DNA of 64,000 nucleotides. Origin: Candidatus Bathyarchaeota archaeon (GTDB taxonomy: Archaea > Thermoproteota > CALKCG01 > B24). This document shows, piece by piece, positions 9,556 through 19,785 of this stretch. Below the pieces are notes generated by a model. It saw only the letters and a list, made by a program, of their open reading frames with translations, was not told the DNA's origin and made no database searches. Each line of letters starts with the position of its first letter. Positions within the stretch are counted from its first letter, which is position 1. The position numbers and the translations under genes were made by a program. The stretch is taken from the NCBI GenBank assembly GCA_021161255.1, contig JAGHAZ010000056.1, positions 862 to 64,861 of the forward strand, in the 5' to 3' direction.

Positions 9556-12500
9556 ATGTTCCAAAAGTATAATAACCTTTTCTTTCTCAATAGGTGTACG
9601 GTGTCTGAAACGGGTCGAGTCGTGAATCTGGAAAAAGCAGCTCTATTAGCATTCATCGTGATCCTAGCTTTACCGGTTATCGTATATGCGCAGGCACCGC
9701 AGCCGATAAGCGGTGCATCGGTCGTCGCGTTTGGTGACGCAGGGTACGGGGTAGCTGAGACAGACGCCGAAGGATTCTTCGAGATAACGGAGGGGTTGGG
9801 TGAAGGCGTCTACGACGTGAGGATAAGCGCCAAGGGCTACGTTTCCAAGGTGGTCGAAGACGTCGAAGTCGTAGCCGGGGAGGAGGTGGACATAGGCGAC
9901 GTATTCCTCAAACCATCTGCGGTGATAAAGGGTGTGGTGGAGACGCCTGACGGCGAGCCGGCTGCTAACGTCCCCGTGGCCCTAAAAGACAGTAGCGGCA
10001 AAGTACTTCAGCTAACCACCACGTCGAGCGACGGCTCCTTTGTCTTCGACACCGACGTGAGGAACGGGACCTACACGGTGGAGGCTTACGCGTTCATGTT
10101 CGAGGGGATGGAGTATCAAACGGTGACGATGGGCTTCACCCAGGTGGAGATCCCCGTTCCCAAGCCAGGCGCCTCCTACTTACAAGGTTACACCTCTGGG
10201 AGGGTCAAGAACGTCGAAGCGGTTCAAGGCGAGACGGTCGAGGACATAGTGATACGTCTCGACGTATCCGGTATAATATCCGGTAGGGTTACAGACGACC
10301 AGGGTAACCCCGTAGCCGATGTGCTAGTGGTAGCCTTCTCACCCAGCGGTGGTATATCCAAGGGGTTCTACGCCGTGACAGACGAGGACGGGCGGTATAG
10401 GATAGCCAACAACCTCGACACGGGCGACTATAACGTGACCCTGCTGTTCCCGAAGGGTTATGTATGGAACTTCATGAACGCTAAGAAGGTTCACGTCGTA
10501 GCAGGTGAGGAGACGGCTAACGTAGACTTCCAGCTTGAAAGGTCCGGCATAATATCCGGCGTAGTCGTATACAGCGACGATACCCCTGCCGCGAACGCGA
10601 CTGTCGTAGCGTTCTCGCAGGACGGCAAGTACTTCGGCTTTACCACCTCCGACATAGATGGGTCCTTCAGGATAGACTCAGGTCTCGGAACGGCTACCTA
10701 CCAGGTTATGGCGTTCGTAGGGACGACAGCTTTCTCCCAGCCCGTGACTGTTCAGGTAACAGCTGGCGAGGAGACCAAGGACGTTAAGCTCGTCGTGACC
10801 GGGACGGCTAAGGGAATGGCCGCCATAGAGGGCACCGTTACAGATATCGACGGTAACCCGCTCGTAGACGTCGAGGTGTCGGCTCTAGATGCGGTGACGT
10901 ACACAGACGAAGATGGAAGCTATAGACTCATCATAGCTCTTCCACAAGGCGTTACCTCCACCACCGTAACAGTAACCGCGTCTAAGAGAGGCTACGAGAC
11001 AGCCGTTAAAGAGGGGGTCACTGTGACGGCCGGGGAGACGACAAAGCCGGTGGACTTCACGTTGGAGAAGCTTAAGCTCGGCGTCATAAAGGGCCGTGTC
11101 CTCGCTAAGGCGCCTCCGCCGTCGGCTAAGAAGACGGCTTCTCTCTCGATATCGCTATCCTCGCAAATCGTGAGCATAGGAGAGTCTGTGACTATATCTG
11201 GAACCATAACTCCGAGCCTCACCGGAGAGGTCTCGATACTGGTGGCTTCAGATACTGTTTTCGAGGAGATCGCTAAGGTAAACCTCGAAGACGGAAGCTT
11301 CAGCTACAGCTTCACGCCGACCGCTAAGGGAGTCTATAGGATAAAAGTTTCATGGCCTGGGAACGACGAGTATAACCCGGCCGAATCCGAGATTCTAACC
11401 CTGACGGTGGTCAAGAAGACGGCCGAGCTTTCGATATCACTGTCCTCCTCGACCATAACGATAGGGGACTCCGTCACTCTTGAAGGTACGATAACACCCT
11501 CTGTGACGGGTAAAGTATTCATCCTTCTGACCCCGGACGGTAAATTTAAGAAGATAGCTGAGGTCGACTTGGAAAACGGCAGGTTCAACTTCACTCTGAA
11601 GCCTGAGGCCCTCGGCACCTACAGGGTTAAGGTTGTGTGGCCTGGAAACGCCGAGTATAAGCCCGTGGAATCCGATGTGTTAACTCTGACCGTGAAGAAG
11701 GTATCCCCGACGGTCGAGATATCGGTCTCTAAGACAACGGCTAACGTGGGTGAAACCGTCACCATATCAGGCTCGATATCTCCGTTTAAAGCTGAGACGG
11801 ATGTCGTGATAACCGTCACAAGCCCGTCGGGTGTCAGCGAGTACACGGTCACCTCGTCAGACGGTAGCTTCGAGTATGGCATAGAGCTTGACGCTCAAGG
11901 AACGTGGAGCGTCAAGGCTGAGGTTCCTGAAGGACCGGTCTATGAGTCGGCTGAGTCCAACGATGTCCAGATAACGGTTCAGGAGAAGAAGTGTATAATA
12001 GCTACCGTGACCTTCGGCTCTGAGGTCGCTCCGGAGGTCAACTTTCTAAGGTCCTTCAGAGACGGCTTGATCCTCACGACGTACGCCGGTAGACAGTTCT
12101 ACGTAGCCTTCGACGCCTTCTACTACTCGTGGAGCACACCTGTGGCGAAGTTCATAGAGTCCAACCCTGTATTGAAACCGGTCGTCAAAGCTTTACTGTA
12201 TCCGTTACTCGGAATATTGAAGTTCACGGCCTTAGCTAGTATGCCGCTCTTTGGACTGAACCCCGAGACCGCGGCCGTGTTAGCGGGTTTCATAGCATCC
12301 TCGCTCATAGGCGTCGTCTATGTCTCACCGGTTCTAATAGCCGTCTCGCTTCTGGCTAGGAAATACGGTAGAACGGTCAAGCCATCCATAGAGTTCGTGA
12401 AGGCCCTATGGGCTTCGGTAGCCGCCTCCCTAGTATTCATAGGTATAGGATTAGTCTTAGAAAGCGGTCTACTGTTGACGGCTGCGACCTCAGCTTACGT

Positions 12501-12570
12501 GTTATCCACCATAGCCTCGTCGTCGACCTCCATACTATACCTGGCGACTACGAAAGCTAAGGAAAAATAG
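9556..12570 (+). CDS. large secreted cell-surface protein with CarboxypepD_reg-like beta-sandwich repeats, three tandem Ig-like repeats and a C-terminal multi-TM anchor
   Basis: A signal-peptide-like segment (LLAFIVILALPVIVYAQA) follows a probable internal GTG start near 9622. The (I/V)SGxVxDxxGNPVAxAxV modules recur about six times. Three roughly 95-aa repeats (SISLSS...TITPSxTG...WPGNxEYxP) follow, then a Cys-containing hydrophobic C-terminus with several TM helices. Confidence 0.7.
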   Translation: MFQKYNNLFFLNRCTVSETGRVVNLEKAALLAFIVILALPVIVYAQAPQPISGASVVAFGDAGYGVAETDAEGFFEITEGLGEGVYDVRISAKGYVSKVVEDVEVVAGEEVDIGDVFLKPSAVIKGVVETPDGEPAANVPVALKDSSGKVLQLTTTSSDGSFVFDTDVRNGTYTVEAYAFMFEGMEYQTVTMGFTQVEIPVPKPGASYLQGYTSGRVKNVEAVQGETVEDIVIRLDVSGIISGRVTDDQGNPVADVLVVAFSPSGGISKGFYAVTDEDGRYRIANNLDTGDYNVTLLFPKGYVWNFMNAKKVHVVAGEETANVDFQLERSGIISGVVVYSDDTPAANATVVAFSQDGKYFGFTTSDIDGSFRIDSGLGTATYQVMAFVGTTAFSQPVTVQVTAGEETKDVKLVVTGTAKGMAAIEGTVTDIDGNPLVDVEVSALDAVTYTDEDGSYRLIIALPQGVTSTTVTVTASKRGYETAVKEGVTVTAGETTKPVDFTLEKLKLGVIKGRVLAKAPPPSAKKTASLSISLSSQIVSIGESVTISGTITPSLTGEVSILVASDTVFEEIAKVNLEDGSFSYSFTPTAKGVYRIKVSWPGNDEYNPAESEILTLTVVKKTAELSISLSSSTITIGDSVTLEGTITPSVTGKVFILLTPDGKFKKIAEVDLENGRFNFTLKPEALGTYRVKVVWPGNAEYKPVESDVLTLTVKKVSPTVEISVSKTTANVGETVTISGSISPFKAETDVVITVTSPSGVSEYTVTSSDGSFEYGIELDAQGTWSVKAEVPEGPVYESAESNDVQITVQEKKCIIATVTFGSEVAPEVNFLRSFRDGLILTTYAGRQFYVAFDAFYYSWSTPVAKFIESNPVLKPVVKALLYPLLGILKFTALASMPLFGLNPETAAVLAGFIASSLIGVVYVSPVLIAVSLLARKYGRTVKPSIEFVKALWASVAASLVFIGIGLVLESGLLLTAATSAYVLSTIASSSTSILYLATTKAKEK
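11128..11990 (+). repeat. three tandem ~285-nt intragenic repeats encoding Ig-like domains
   Basis: The repeat units begin KKTASLSISLSS..., KKTAELSISLSS... and KKVSPTVEISVS.... They are approximately 50% identical at the protein level and lie back to back. Confidence 0.7.
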
Positions 12571-12642
12571 CTCTCCTTCTTATCCAATATTTTTCTTTCT
12601 CGAATAGAGCGTGCTCCCTGAGTATGCATTTAAGTTTTAAAG

Positions 12643-13434
12643 GTGGAAACCCGCATTATCGGGTTGGATAAGATGGACCTAGCTAAGCTTGTCCACGGAT
12701 TGCCGAAGACTAGGCTAGGCTTCTGGGAGGACTCGTACAGGAAGACGTTTGAGGCTTCTGTTCTGAAAAGCCATAGGGACGGCGGTAGGCTTTACTTGGT
12801 CTTAGATGAGACGTTGTTTCACCCTAAGATGGGTGGACAACCCGCCGACACGGGTGTAATATGGTCTGAGGGGTTTAGGCTCAGGGTTAGGAAGGTCATG
12901 TACGTCTCAGGCGTTGTCGTCCACTTCGGACGCATCGAGCAGGGGACTGAGCCACCTTTGGGCGCACATGTCTCAGGCTCTATCGACTGGGATAGGCGAT
13001 ATAAGATTATGCGTAGACACACGGCGGGGCATCTTCTCGACCATTGTCTATCAGAGACCCTTGGTAGACCTGTCTACACGGTCGAAAGCTGGCTTGGTGA
13101 GCCATGCTACACGGCATACAAGGGAGCTGCGCCGGATGAGCCGGTCTTGTCTAAGGTTCAGGAGATCGCCGATAGGCTGATACATGAGGGTAGAAGGGTT
13201 TGGATAGAGTTTCTCAGCTGGAGTGAGCTCGTATCGAGGTATCCGGAGGCGCCTAACCTGTTTAGACTTCCAAAAGGTTTGCCATCTTACAGGGTTGTGG
13301 TGATAGATGGATGTAACGCCGTACCTTGTAGCGGGACCCATGTCGAAGCTCTCTCTGAGATAGGCCGTTTAAAACTGGGAGGCATAGAGGAGTCTAGGGG
13401 ATTTTTCAAGCTCTACTACGACGTCTATCCATAG
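12643..13434 (+). CDS. alaX: AlaX-M-type alanyl-tRNA editing protein (AlaRS editing-domain homolog)
   Basis: HTAGHLLDHC (HxxxH) and CSGTHV zinc motifs characteristic of AlaRS editing domains. 263 aa. Confidence 0.65.
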   Translation: METRIIGLDKMDLAKLVHGLPKTRLGFWEDSYRKTFEASVLKSHRDGGRLYLVLDETLFHPKMGGQPADTGVIWSEGFRLRVRKVMYVSGVVVHFGRIEQGTEPPLGAHVSGSIDWDRRYKIMRRHTAGHLLDHCLSETLGRPVYTVESWLGEPCYTAYKGAAPDEPVLSKVQEIADRLIHEGRRVWIEFLSWSELVSRYPEAPNLFRLPKGLPSYRVVVIDGCNAVPCSGTHVEALSEIGRLKLGGIEESRGFFKLYYDVYP

Positions 13435-13490
13435 CTTCTTCCCGGGAAAACCCTTAAAGAAAACCGTGTCTCATATATTACTGTCGGAGA

Positions 13491-13982
13491 TTGTCTAGGA
13501 GGAAGAACCTGCTTTATAGGCTCGCCGAGGCATTGGCCGGAGGAGAAGGTCTAAAGATAATCGAGTGTCTGGTTAGAAACGGCGATATGCGAGACGACGA
13601 GATCGCTTTAGAGCTCGGTTTGAAGCCCAACGTGGTCAGGAAGATACTCTACCGGTTCGCCGAAAGCTCCATAGTGACTGTTCAGAGGTTCAGGGACGAG
13701 AAGACCGGGTGGTTTTACTTCAAATGGAGGGTCCAGCTAGACCAGGTCGAGCTATACCTTGAAAACCAGAGACAACGGATCTTGAACAGGCTTATGGAGA
13801 GGCTTCGATACGAGGAGACGCATGAATTCTACTCCTGTCCCAAGGGCTGCGAGAGAGTAACCTTTGAAGAAGCTGTCGAACAGAACTTTATATGTAGCAA
13901 ATGCGGTGCACCGCTGCAGCATGAGGATAACACATACGTCATAGAAGCGTTGAAAAATAAGATAAAGGAGCTCGGAGGCTAA
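13491..13982 (+). CDS. tfe: transcription factor E (TFIIE-alpha homolog)
   Basis: N-terminal winged-helix region plus a C-terminal zinc ribbon (CPKGC...CSKCG). 163 aa. Confidence 0.7.
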   Translation: MSRRKNLLYRLAEALAGGEGLKIIECLVRNGDMRDDEIALELGLKPNVVRKILYRFAESSIVTVQRFRDEKTGWFYFKWRVQLDQVELYLENQRQRILNRLMERLRYEETHEFYSCPKGCERVTFEEAVEQNFICSKCGAPLQHEDNTYVIEALKNKIKELGG

Positions 13983-14034
13983 CGCCTGATTCTCTTCATC
14001 AACCTTTTCAACCAAGTTACCCGGCTAAATACAT

Positions 14035-14844
14035 GTGAAAATGCTGGTCGTAAGGTTGAACCAGAGGATCTACGGGCCCTACAGGTTAGACGGGTTAAAA
14101 GCCCTTAGGAACGTGGTAAAAAACATGCTAGATGGGCTTGAGGTCGACGTCTCAGAGGTCGTCGTGGGGTCTGAGGGATGGGCTGAGGTTTTCCTCGAAG
14201 GACCTGACGTCGATGTAGCTGAAAAGGTCTTGGAAGAATACATCGGGGCTCTCCCGAAGACGCCTAAAGAACTTTCGAAGGGAACTTTGCTGAAGGGTAG
14301 GGTTTTAACGTTGAAGGATGACGGGCTTTACGTAGACGTAGGGCTGGAAAACCTGGTCGTCAAAGTTCCGACTCAGACCCTTAGAGGACAGTTTTTAGAC
14401 GAGTGCTCTACGGACTTGGAAAAGGCTAGACGGATTTACATGCTCTACAGCGAGTTTCCGGTCGAGCTTTACGTTGAGAGATTTCACGGGGAGACTGTCG
14501 AGACCCGTCTATCGTGGAGATGGCTCCGCTGGGTCGAGAGTATGTCTTTCTCAGGCTTCAGCAAGATATACGTAACCGGTTTAACCCTACGCAGGATCAG
14601 GAGAGCAATCGGAAAAACCAAATATAGGATGGCCGTGCTCGGATACCGAAAACTGGGCGTCTTAGAGACTCTTATAACTTTAGATCCCCTAGTGAATGTC
14701 GAGAGGTTCTCTCTATGGCTGAAGAAGACGTTAGACCCTTTGACCTTAGAGTTTTCCGAGCCGTCTGAGAGCCTTGGGGAGCTCGCTTACGCTGTTCAAG
14801 ACGAGGTCTGGCTTATCCCCTCTCCACCTTTCCAAATCAGCTAA
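14035..14844 (+). CDS. conserved archaeal hypothetical protein
   Basis: 269 aa with no recognised catalytic motif. Its end overlaps the convergent HAD gene by 99 nt. Confidence 0.4.
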   Translation: MKMLVVRLNQRIYGPYRLDGLKALRNVVKNMLDGLEVDVSEVVVGSEGWAEVFLEGPDVDVAEKVLEEYIGALPKTPKELSKGTLLKGRVLTLKDDGLYVDVGLENLVVKVPTQTLRGQFLDECSTDLEKARRIYMLYSEFPVELYVERFHGETVETRLSWRWLRWVESMSFSGFSKIYVTGLTLRRIRRAIGKTKYRMAVLGYRKLGVLETLITLDPLVNVERFSLWLKKTLDPLTLEFSEPSESLGELAYAVQDEVWLIPSPPFQIS

Positions 14845-15546
14845 GCTCGAAGCACCTGTTAAGACTAGGACCGTGAATGCGCCTATCTTCTTACCGGCTT
14901 TCACATCTGTACTTAGTTTATCCCCGACGACTACTACCTCAGAGCCGTCCATACCCAACCTCTTGAGGGCTATATCCATGATCCTACGGGACGGCTTACC
15001 TATCACCATCGGCCTCTTACCAGTCGCCTTCGATATAGCGGCCACTATCGAACCTGCCCCCGGTAGTAACCGATCCTCGACCGGTAATGTGGGATCCGTG
15101 TTCGTGGCCACGAACCTGGCACCCTGGAATATCGCGAAGCAGGCGTTCTTAAGCTTCTCATAGCTAAACTCGAAATCTAGGCAGGCTACGACGAACTCAG
15201 GGTCTCCACCTTTCCTCCAGTCCAAGACTTCATGCCCCATCCTGAGGAGCTCCCTCTCAAGAGCCTCTCCGCCGACCGGTAGAACTTTAACCCCACCGTA
15301 TCTATCGGCTAGGTATATCGACGTGGCGTAGCCTGACGTTAAGACCTCGTCCTCACCGCATCTTATACCCATGGCGTTGAGCTTAGCGACGTAGTCCTCG
15401 ACCGTTCTAGTAGCGTTGTTTGTCAAGAAAAGTAGCTTTAACCCCATACCTCTAAGCGTATCCAGCGCCTCAACTGCTCCCTCTATAGGTTTTCTCCCCC
15501 TATAGACGCAGCCGTCTAGGTCGAGTATCACAGCTTTAAACCCCAT
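14746..15546 (-). CDS. HAD-superfamily hydrolase, subfamily IIA (NagD-like phosphatase)
   Basis: MGFKAVILDLDGCVY DxD motif. The later motifs are laid out as in HAD-IIA. Confidence 0.8.
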   Translation of the reverse strand: MGFKAVILDLDGCVYRGRKPIEGAVEALDTLRGMGLKLLFLTNNATRTVEDYVAKLNAMGIRCGEDEVLTSGYATSIYLADRYGGVKVLPVGGEALERELLRMGHEVLDWRKGGDPEFVVACLDFEFSYEKLKNACFAIFQGARFVATNTDPTLPVEDRLLPGAGSIVAAISKATGKRPMVIGKPSRRIMDIALKRLGMDGSEVVVVGDKLSTDVKAGKKIGAFTVLVLTGASSLADLERWRGDKPDLVLNSVSELPKALRRLGKL

Positions 15547-15561
15547 TTAGAACCCCCCGAT

Positions 15562-17133
15562 GTGAGTTCAAGAACGGTTAAGAAGCCGTATCGACACTTA
15601 AACCCTTCTACCGCCGTAGACGTCCTTAGGCTCCGCTACGGAGAAAAACGGTTATCTTTATCTTTTACTATTCATTTTGATAAGAGGTTGGCAGTGTGGA
15701 AGGCTTTCGAGAATAGGATGGGGTTCACGGTATATACTAGCGTCAACGAAGCATATATACCGAGGATCCTCGACTTCATCTACGATACCTATATCTTACC
15801 GCTAGGGCATAGAATACTGAGGGTCGAGAGGTTCAGGGATTTCCTGGGTGAAGCCCTAAGGTTTACTATAGCCCTTGATAGGGGCTACGTACACGTGGAG
15901 ATCAGGGCGTTTAAGATACTGGAGTTCACGATAGCTTGGGAGGGGCCTATCGACAAGCAGACGATAGACCAGATCCGGGAAGACTTGATCATAACGGTTA
16001 GGATGTTCGAGGATACCTTCAGGAAGTCCTCCGTCTTCTTCACGTTCGTCGAGAACAGTAGCCTGATCCCTGAGAGGCTGATGGCTAAACGCCGCATCGT
16101 CGAACGTATCTTCACAGACAGTATGATCACGTTCTTCGTAGCGTTCCTCATTGTCAACATGGTTATCTTCATGATAAACCCGGTGCTTGCGCCCATAGCT
16201 ATAGTTGTGCTACAGTTCTGCATCCTCCTGTTTTCGCATAAGATAATAATGAGCTTAGGCGACTGGAAGATAACCGCTAGAAACCAGCATGTGACGATAC
16301 TCCAATACTACCTGCCACCGGACGAGTATAGGATTCTCCTCGAGATGATAAAGGTCAAGGGTAGAAACTGGCTATACCAGATTAAACGTGAAATATACGA
16401 GAAAACCCTCGCCTTAGACGGAAGAATAGACCCTAACGTTGTCGGAGAGGTCCTATCAAGACATGGAATACTGTTCAGGCCGGAAAACCTCAGGGTCAAG
16501 ACGTTCAACGTTTATCGTCTCGTCAAGGAGGCGGTTGAAGAATACGGGCTTCCCATGCCGAATATAGTTCTCTCAAACATAATCATACCAAACGCCTCGG
16601 CCTCCGGTATAGGGCCTAGGTTTGGAACGGTTATGGTGACTGCGGGTCTTTTAGCCACCCTAGAGGAGGGGGAGGTCTACGCGGTTTTGAACCACGAGCT
16701 CAGCCACCTCAAGGGTAGGGACCCGGTTTTTCTATTCACCCTATCCACGCTCGAATACCTCTTCAGGCTCTACATTCTACTCCCCATGATGCCGTTCATC
16801 CTGTTCCTACCTTACGTATACTTCTTCTTCGTTATGGGGCTGATATACTTCATAGGAAAGTTCTTTGAGGCTAAGTCGGACCTAGAGGCTGCTATAAAGA
16901 CTAGACAGCCTCAGCTCTTAGCGGAGGCATTGAGAAAGATAGGGTATTACCGGCTTAGGTTGGAGAGGTCGCCTGGCTATAGGCTTCAATCCTGGATAGG
17001 ATGGGATCCCCACCCGCCGATATCGTTCAGGATCAAGCGGCTGGAGAACCTTAAAGACCTCGACAGAATCAAGCATCCGTTTCTAAGGTCCGTGGTCGAC
17101 GTCTTAAAAGGCTTCTTCGAAGCCATAATGTAG
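15562..17133 (+). CDS. M48-family zinc metallopeptidase (HtpX-like) with an unusual ~180-aa N-terminal soluble domain
   Basis: NHELSHLKGRD carries the HExxH motif. TM helices flank it, and the topology is HtpX-like after residue ~180. Confidence 0.6.
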   Translation: MSSRTVKKPYRHLNPSTAVDVLRLRYGEKRLSLSFTIHFDKRLAVWKAFENRMGFTVYTSVNEAYIPRILDFIYDTYILPLGHRILRVERFRDFLGEALRFTIALDRGYVHVEIRAFKILEFTIAWEGPIDKQTIDQIREDLIITVRMFEDTFRKSSVFFTFVENSSLIPERLMAKRRIVERIFTDSMITFFVAFLIVNMVIFMINPVLAPIAIVVLQFCILLFSHKIIMSLGDWKITARNQHVTILQYYLPPDEYRILLEMIKVKGRNWLYQIKREIYEKTLALDGRIDPNVVGEVLSRHGILFRPENLRVKTFNVYRLVKEAVEEYGLPMPNIVLSNIIIPNASASGIGPRFGTVMVTAGLLATLEEGEVYAVLNHELSHLKGRDPVFLFTLSTLEYLFRLYILLPMMPFILFLPYVYFFFVMGLIYFIGKFFEAKSDLEAAIKTRQPQLLAEALRKIGYYRLRLERSPGYRLQSWIGWDPHPPISFRIKRLENLKDLDRIKHPFLRSVVDVLKGFFEAIM

Positions 17134-17210
17134 CCTCATGCGGCGACTGTTTGACCGGAAGCTGAATCCTTAAATACCTCGATATAGGGGTTTAAAGATG
17201 TGCTTAAAGG

Positions 17211-19670
17211 GTGATGCGTGTGTCTAAAGATAAGGCTACGGCTTTGATACTCTGGTTTGAGGAGCTCAGGAAAGACGATGTGCCGCTGGTCGGCGGTAAA
17301 TGCGCGAACCTCGGTGAGATGATAAATGCCGGGATACCGGTTCCACCTGGGTTTGCCGTTTCGGCGTATGCGTATAAGCGTTTTCTAGAGTTGACCGGTA
17401 TAGCGGAGAAGGTCTACACGATCATACGGGAGACCGTTAAGGACGTGAACGACCCTCAGCAGTACCAGGAGGCCTCTAAGAAGATCAGGCAGCTTATCGA
17501 GTCTACCCCGATACCCGAGGAGATCGAGAAAGCGATCAGGGAGGCCTATAGGAAGCTCAACGCTAAGCTAGGGATGGCTGAGGCGTTTGTAGCGGTCAGG
17601 TCTTCCGCCACAGCCGAGGACCTACCCGGTTCCTCGTTCGCCGGTCAGCAGGAGACGTTCTTAAACGTCAGGGGTGAGGATGACCTTATCCACTATGTGC
17701 GTAGATGCTGGTCTAGCCTATTCACGCCTAGGGCGATATTCTACAGGACGCAGAGAGGTTTCCCGCATGAGAAGGTTCTGATAAGCGTAGCCGTCCAGAA
17801 GATGGTTAACAGTAAAGCCGCAGGGGTTATGTTCACGCTCCACCCCGTTACCGGCGATAGGTCGAAGATAGTCATCGAGGCTAGCTGGGGCCTAGGTGAA
17901 GCTGTCGTCTCTGGGTCTGTGACGCCTGACAGGTTTGTCGTCGATAAGAATACGCTGGAGATTTTAAGCAAGGAGATCGCCGATAAGACGGTCGAATACA
18001 TCAGAGACCCCGAGACCGGTAAAACCATACACGCCGAGGTTCCTCCTGAACGTCGTAAGATACCCTGCTTGACAGACGAGGAGATCAAGAGGCTTGCCGA
18101 GCTTGCTAAGCGTATAGAGCAGCACTACGGCACGCCGCAGGACATAGAGTTCGCCGTAGACAAGGACCTACCGTTCCCCGAGAACGTGTTCATAGTCCAG
18201 TCTAGACCTGAAACCGTTTGGAGCGTCAAAGCCGAGGAGAAGCCCGTAGAGAAGGCTCCGGCTCCGACCGAGGAGCTTGTACCGGTCATCAAGGGTCTCC
18301 CCGCTAGCCCGGGCATATACGCCGGTAGGGTTAAGGTCGTCTTAAACCATGAAGAGGCTGCTAAGCTGATGGAGGAAGGCGACATACTCGTCACGAAGAT
18401 GACGAACCCAGACTGGGTCCCATACATGAGGATAGCTGGAGCCATAGTCACCGACGACGGAGGTATGACGTGTCACGCCGCGATAGTCTCCAGGGAGCTC
18501 GGTATACCATGTATAGTCGGGACCCGGGAGGCTACTAAGGTCCTCAAGACCGGGACCTACTATACGGTGGACGCTACCTCGGGGGTGGTCTACGAGGGTA
18601 TCGTAGAGTCGCTGGTTAAGCCTAAGCGTGAAGCCGTGGCGGCTGCTCCAGGCGCCGTAGCCGCCTTGCCGCAGTGGGCTGTCTATCCGCCCGTGACGGC
18701 TACGAAGATCTACGTGAACCTCTCTATACCCGACGTGGCGGAGAAGGTTTTCAACGAAAGCCACCCCGACGGTGTAGGCTTGTTGAGGGCGGAGCACCTG
18801 ATGCTCAGCGTCGGTAAACACCCGAGGCTCCTGATCGAGGAAGGCGGAGCAGAGAAGATGGTTAACGCCTTCGCCGAGGGCATCAGAAAGGTCGCGCAGG
18901 CATTCTTCCCGAGGCCGGTCGTCTATAGGTTCTTGGACTTCAAGCCTGACGAATTCCTCTCGCTACCTGGTGGAGAGAAGTACGAGGAGGAGGCCGGGCA
19001 CGTCGGGCCTAACCCGCTGATAGGCTATAGAGGCGCCTTCAGGTATATCAAAGAGCCTGATATATTCAGGCTTGAGTGCCGCGCTATACGGAAGGTTAGG
19101 GAAGAATATGGCTTGAAGAACGTCTGGGTCATGGTTCCGTTCGTCAGGAGGGTCGAGGAGTTCAAGCACTGCTTGAAGATAATGGAGGAGGAGGGTCTGA
19201 GGAAGGGTCCTGACTTCAAGGTCTGGATAATGGTCGAGGTTCCGAGTACGGTGCTCCTCATAGATAAGTTCATCGAGGCAGGTATCGACGGTGTGAGCTT
19301 CGGCACGAACGACTTGACGATGCTTATACTCGGGATAGACCGTGACGACGCCTCGGTTCAGGAGATATACGACGAGAGAAACCTCGCAGTACTCAGAGCC
19401 TTAAGCCACGTTATAAGGATATGCCGTGAACACGGTGTTACGACGAGCATATGCGGCCAGGCACCTTCGAACTACCCGGAGATCGTGGAGTTCCTCGTCA
19501 AGGAGGGTGTGACAAGCCTCTCGGTGAACCCTGATAAGGTCATGGAGACCAGGATGCTCGTAGCGTCTATAGAGCGGAAGGTCCTCTTGGAGAGACTGGC
19601 TAGGGTTGAAGAGCAGGGTAAGACTCAGAAACGTTTCTTCCAACCCAGGTGGGCTGAGGAGCTAGGCTAG
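17211..19670 (+). CDS. ppsA: phosphoenolpyruvate synthase (pyruvate, water dikinase)
   Basis: N-terminal ATP-grasp region, GGMTCHAAIVSRELGIPCIVG phosphohistidine motif, and a C-terminal PEP-utilising TIM-barrel domain. 819 aa. Confidence 0.9.
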   Translation: MMRVSKDKATALILWFEELRKDDVPLVGGKCANLGEMINAGIPVPPGFAVSAYAYKRFLELTGIAEKVYTIIRETVKDVNDPQQYQEASKKIRQLIESTPIPEEIEKAIREAYRKLNAKLGMAEAFVAVRSSATAEDLPGSSFAGQQETFLNVRGEDDLIHYVRRCWSSLFTPRAIFYRTQRGFPHEKVLISVAVQKMVNSKAAGVMFTLHPVTGDRSKIVIEASWGLGEAVVSGSVTPDRFVVDKNTLEILSKEIADKTVEYIRDPETGKTIHAEVPPERRKIPCLTDEEIKRLAELAKRIEQHYGTPQDIEFAVDKDLPFPENVFIVQSRPETVWSVKAEEKPVEKAPAPTEELVPVIKGLPASPGIYAGRVKVVLNHEEAAKLMEEGDILVTKMTNPDWVPYMRIAGAIVTDDGGMTCHAAIVSRELGIPCIVGTREATKVLKTGTYYTVDATSGVVYEGIVESLVKPKREAVAAAPGAVAALPQWAVYPPVTATKIYVNLSIPDVAEKVFNESHPDGVGLLRAEHLMLSVGKHPRLLIEEGGAEKMVNAFAEGIRKVAQAFFPRPVVYRFLDFKPDEFLSLPGGEKYEEEAGHVGPNPLIGYRGAFRYIKEPDIFRLECRAIRKVREEYGLKNVWVMVPFVRRVEEFKHCLKIMEEEGLRKGPDFKVWIMVEVPSTVLLIDKFIEAGIDGVSFGTNDLTMLILGIDRDDASVQEIYDERNLAVLRALSHVIRICREHGVTTSICGQAPSNYPEIVEFLVKEGVTSLSVNPDKVMETRMLVASIERKVLLERLARVEEQGKTQKRFFQPRWAEELG

Positions 19671-19785
19671 ACGACGGATATCGGAGCGTCTTTCTTCATA
19701 TTTTCTTTTCCAACTGTTTAGCGTTTCATATCTGCCTGTCCTCAAGTTTTATAATTCTGAACGTTTTTCATTATCCAGTCGAGAT

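Noticed and set aside
17741-19643. Multiple 80-160-aa ORFs on the minus strand inside ppsA, and similar ORFs inside por, moeA and the thermosome gene
   Set aside because: They are antisense to strongly supported genes. Their composition-driven translations are Ser/Arg/Pro-rich with no motifs.
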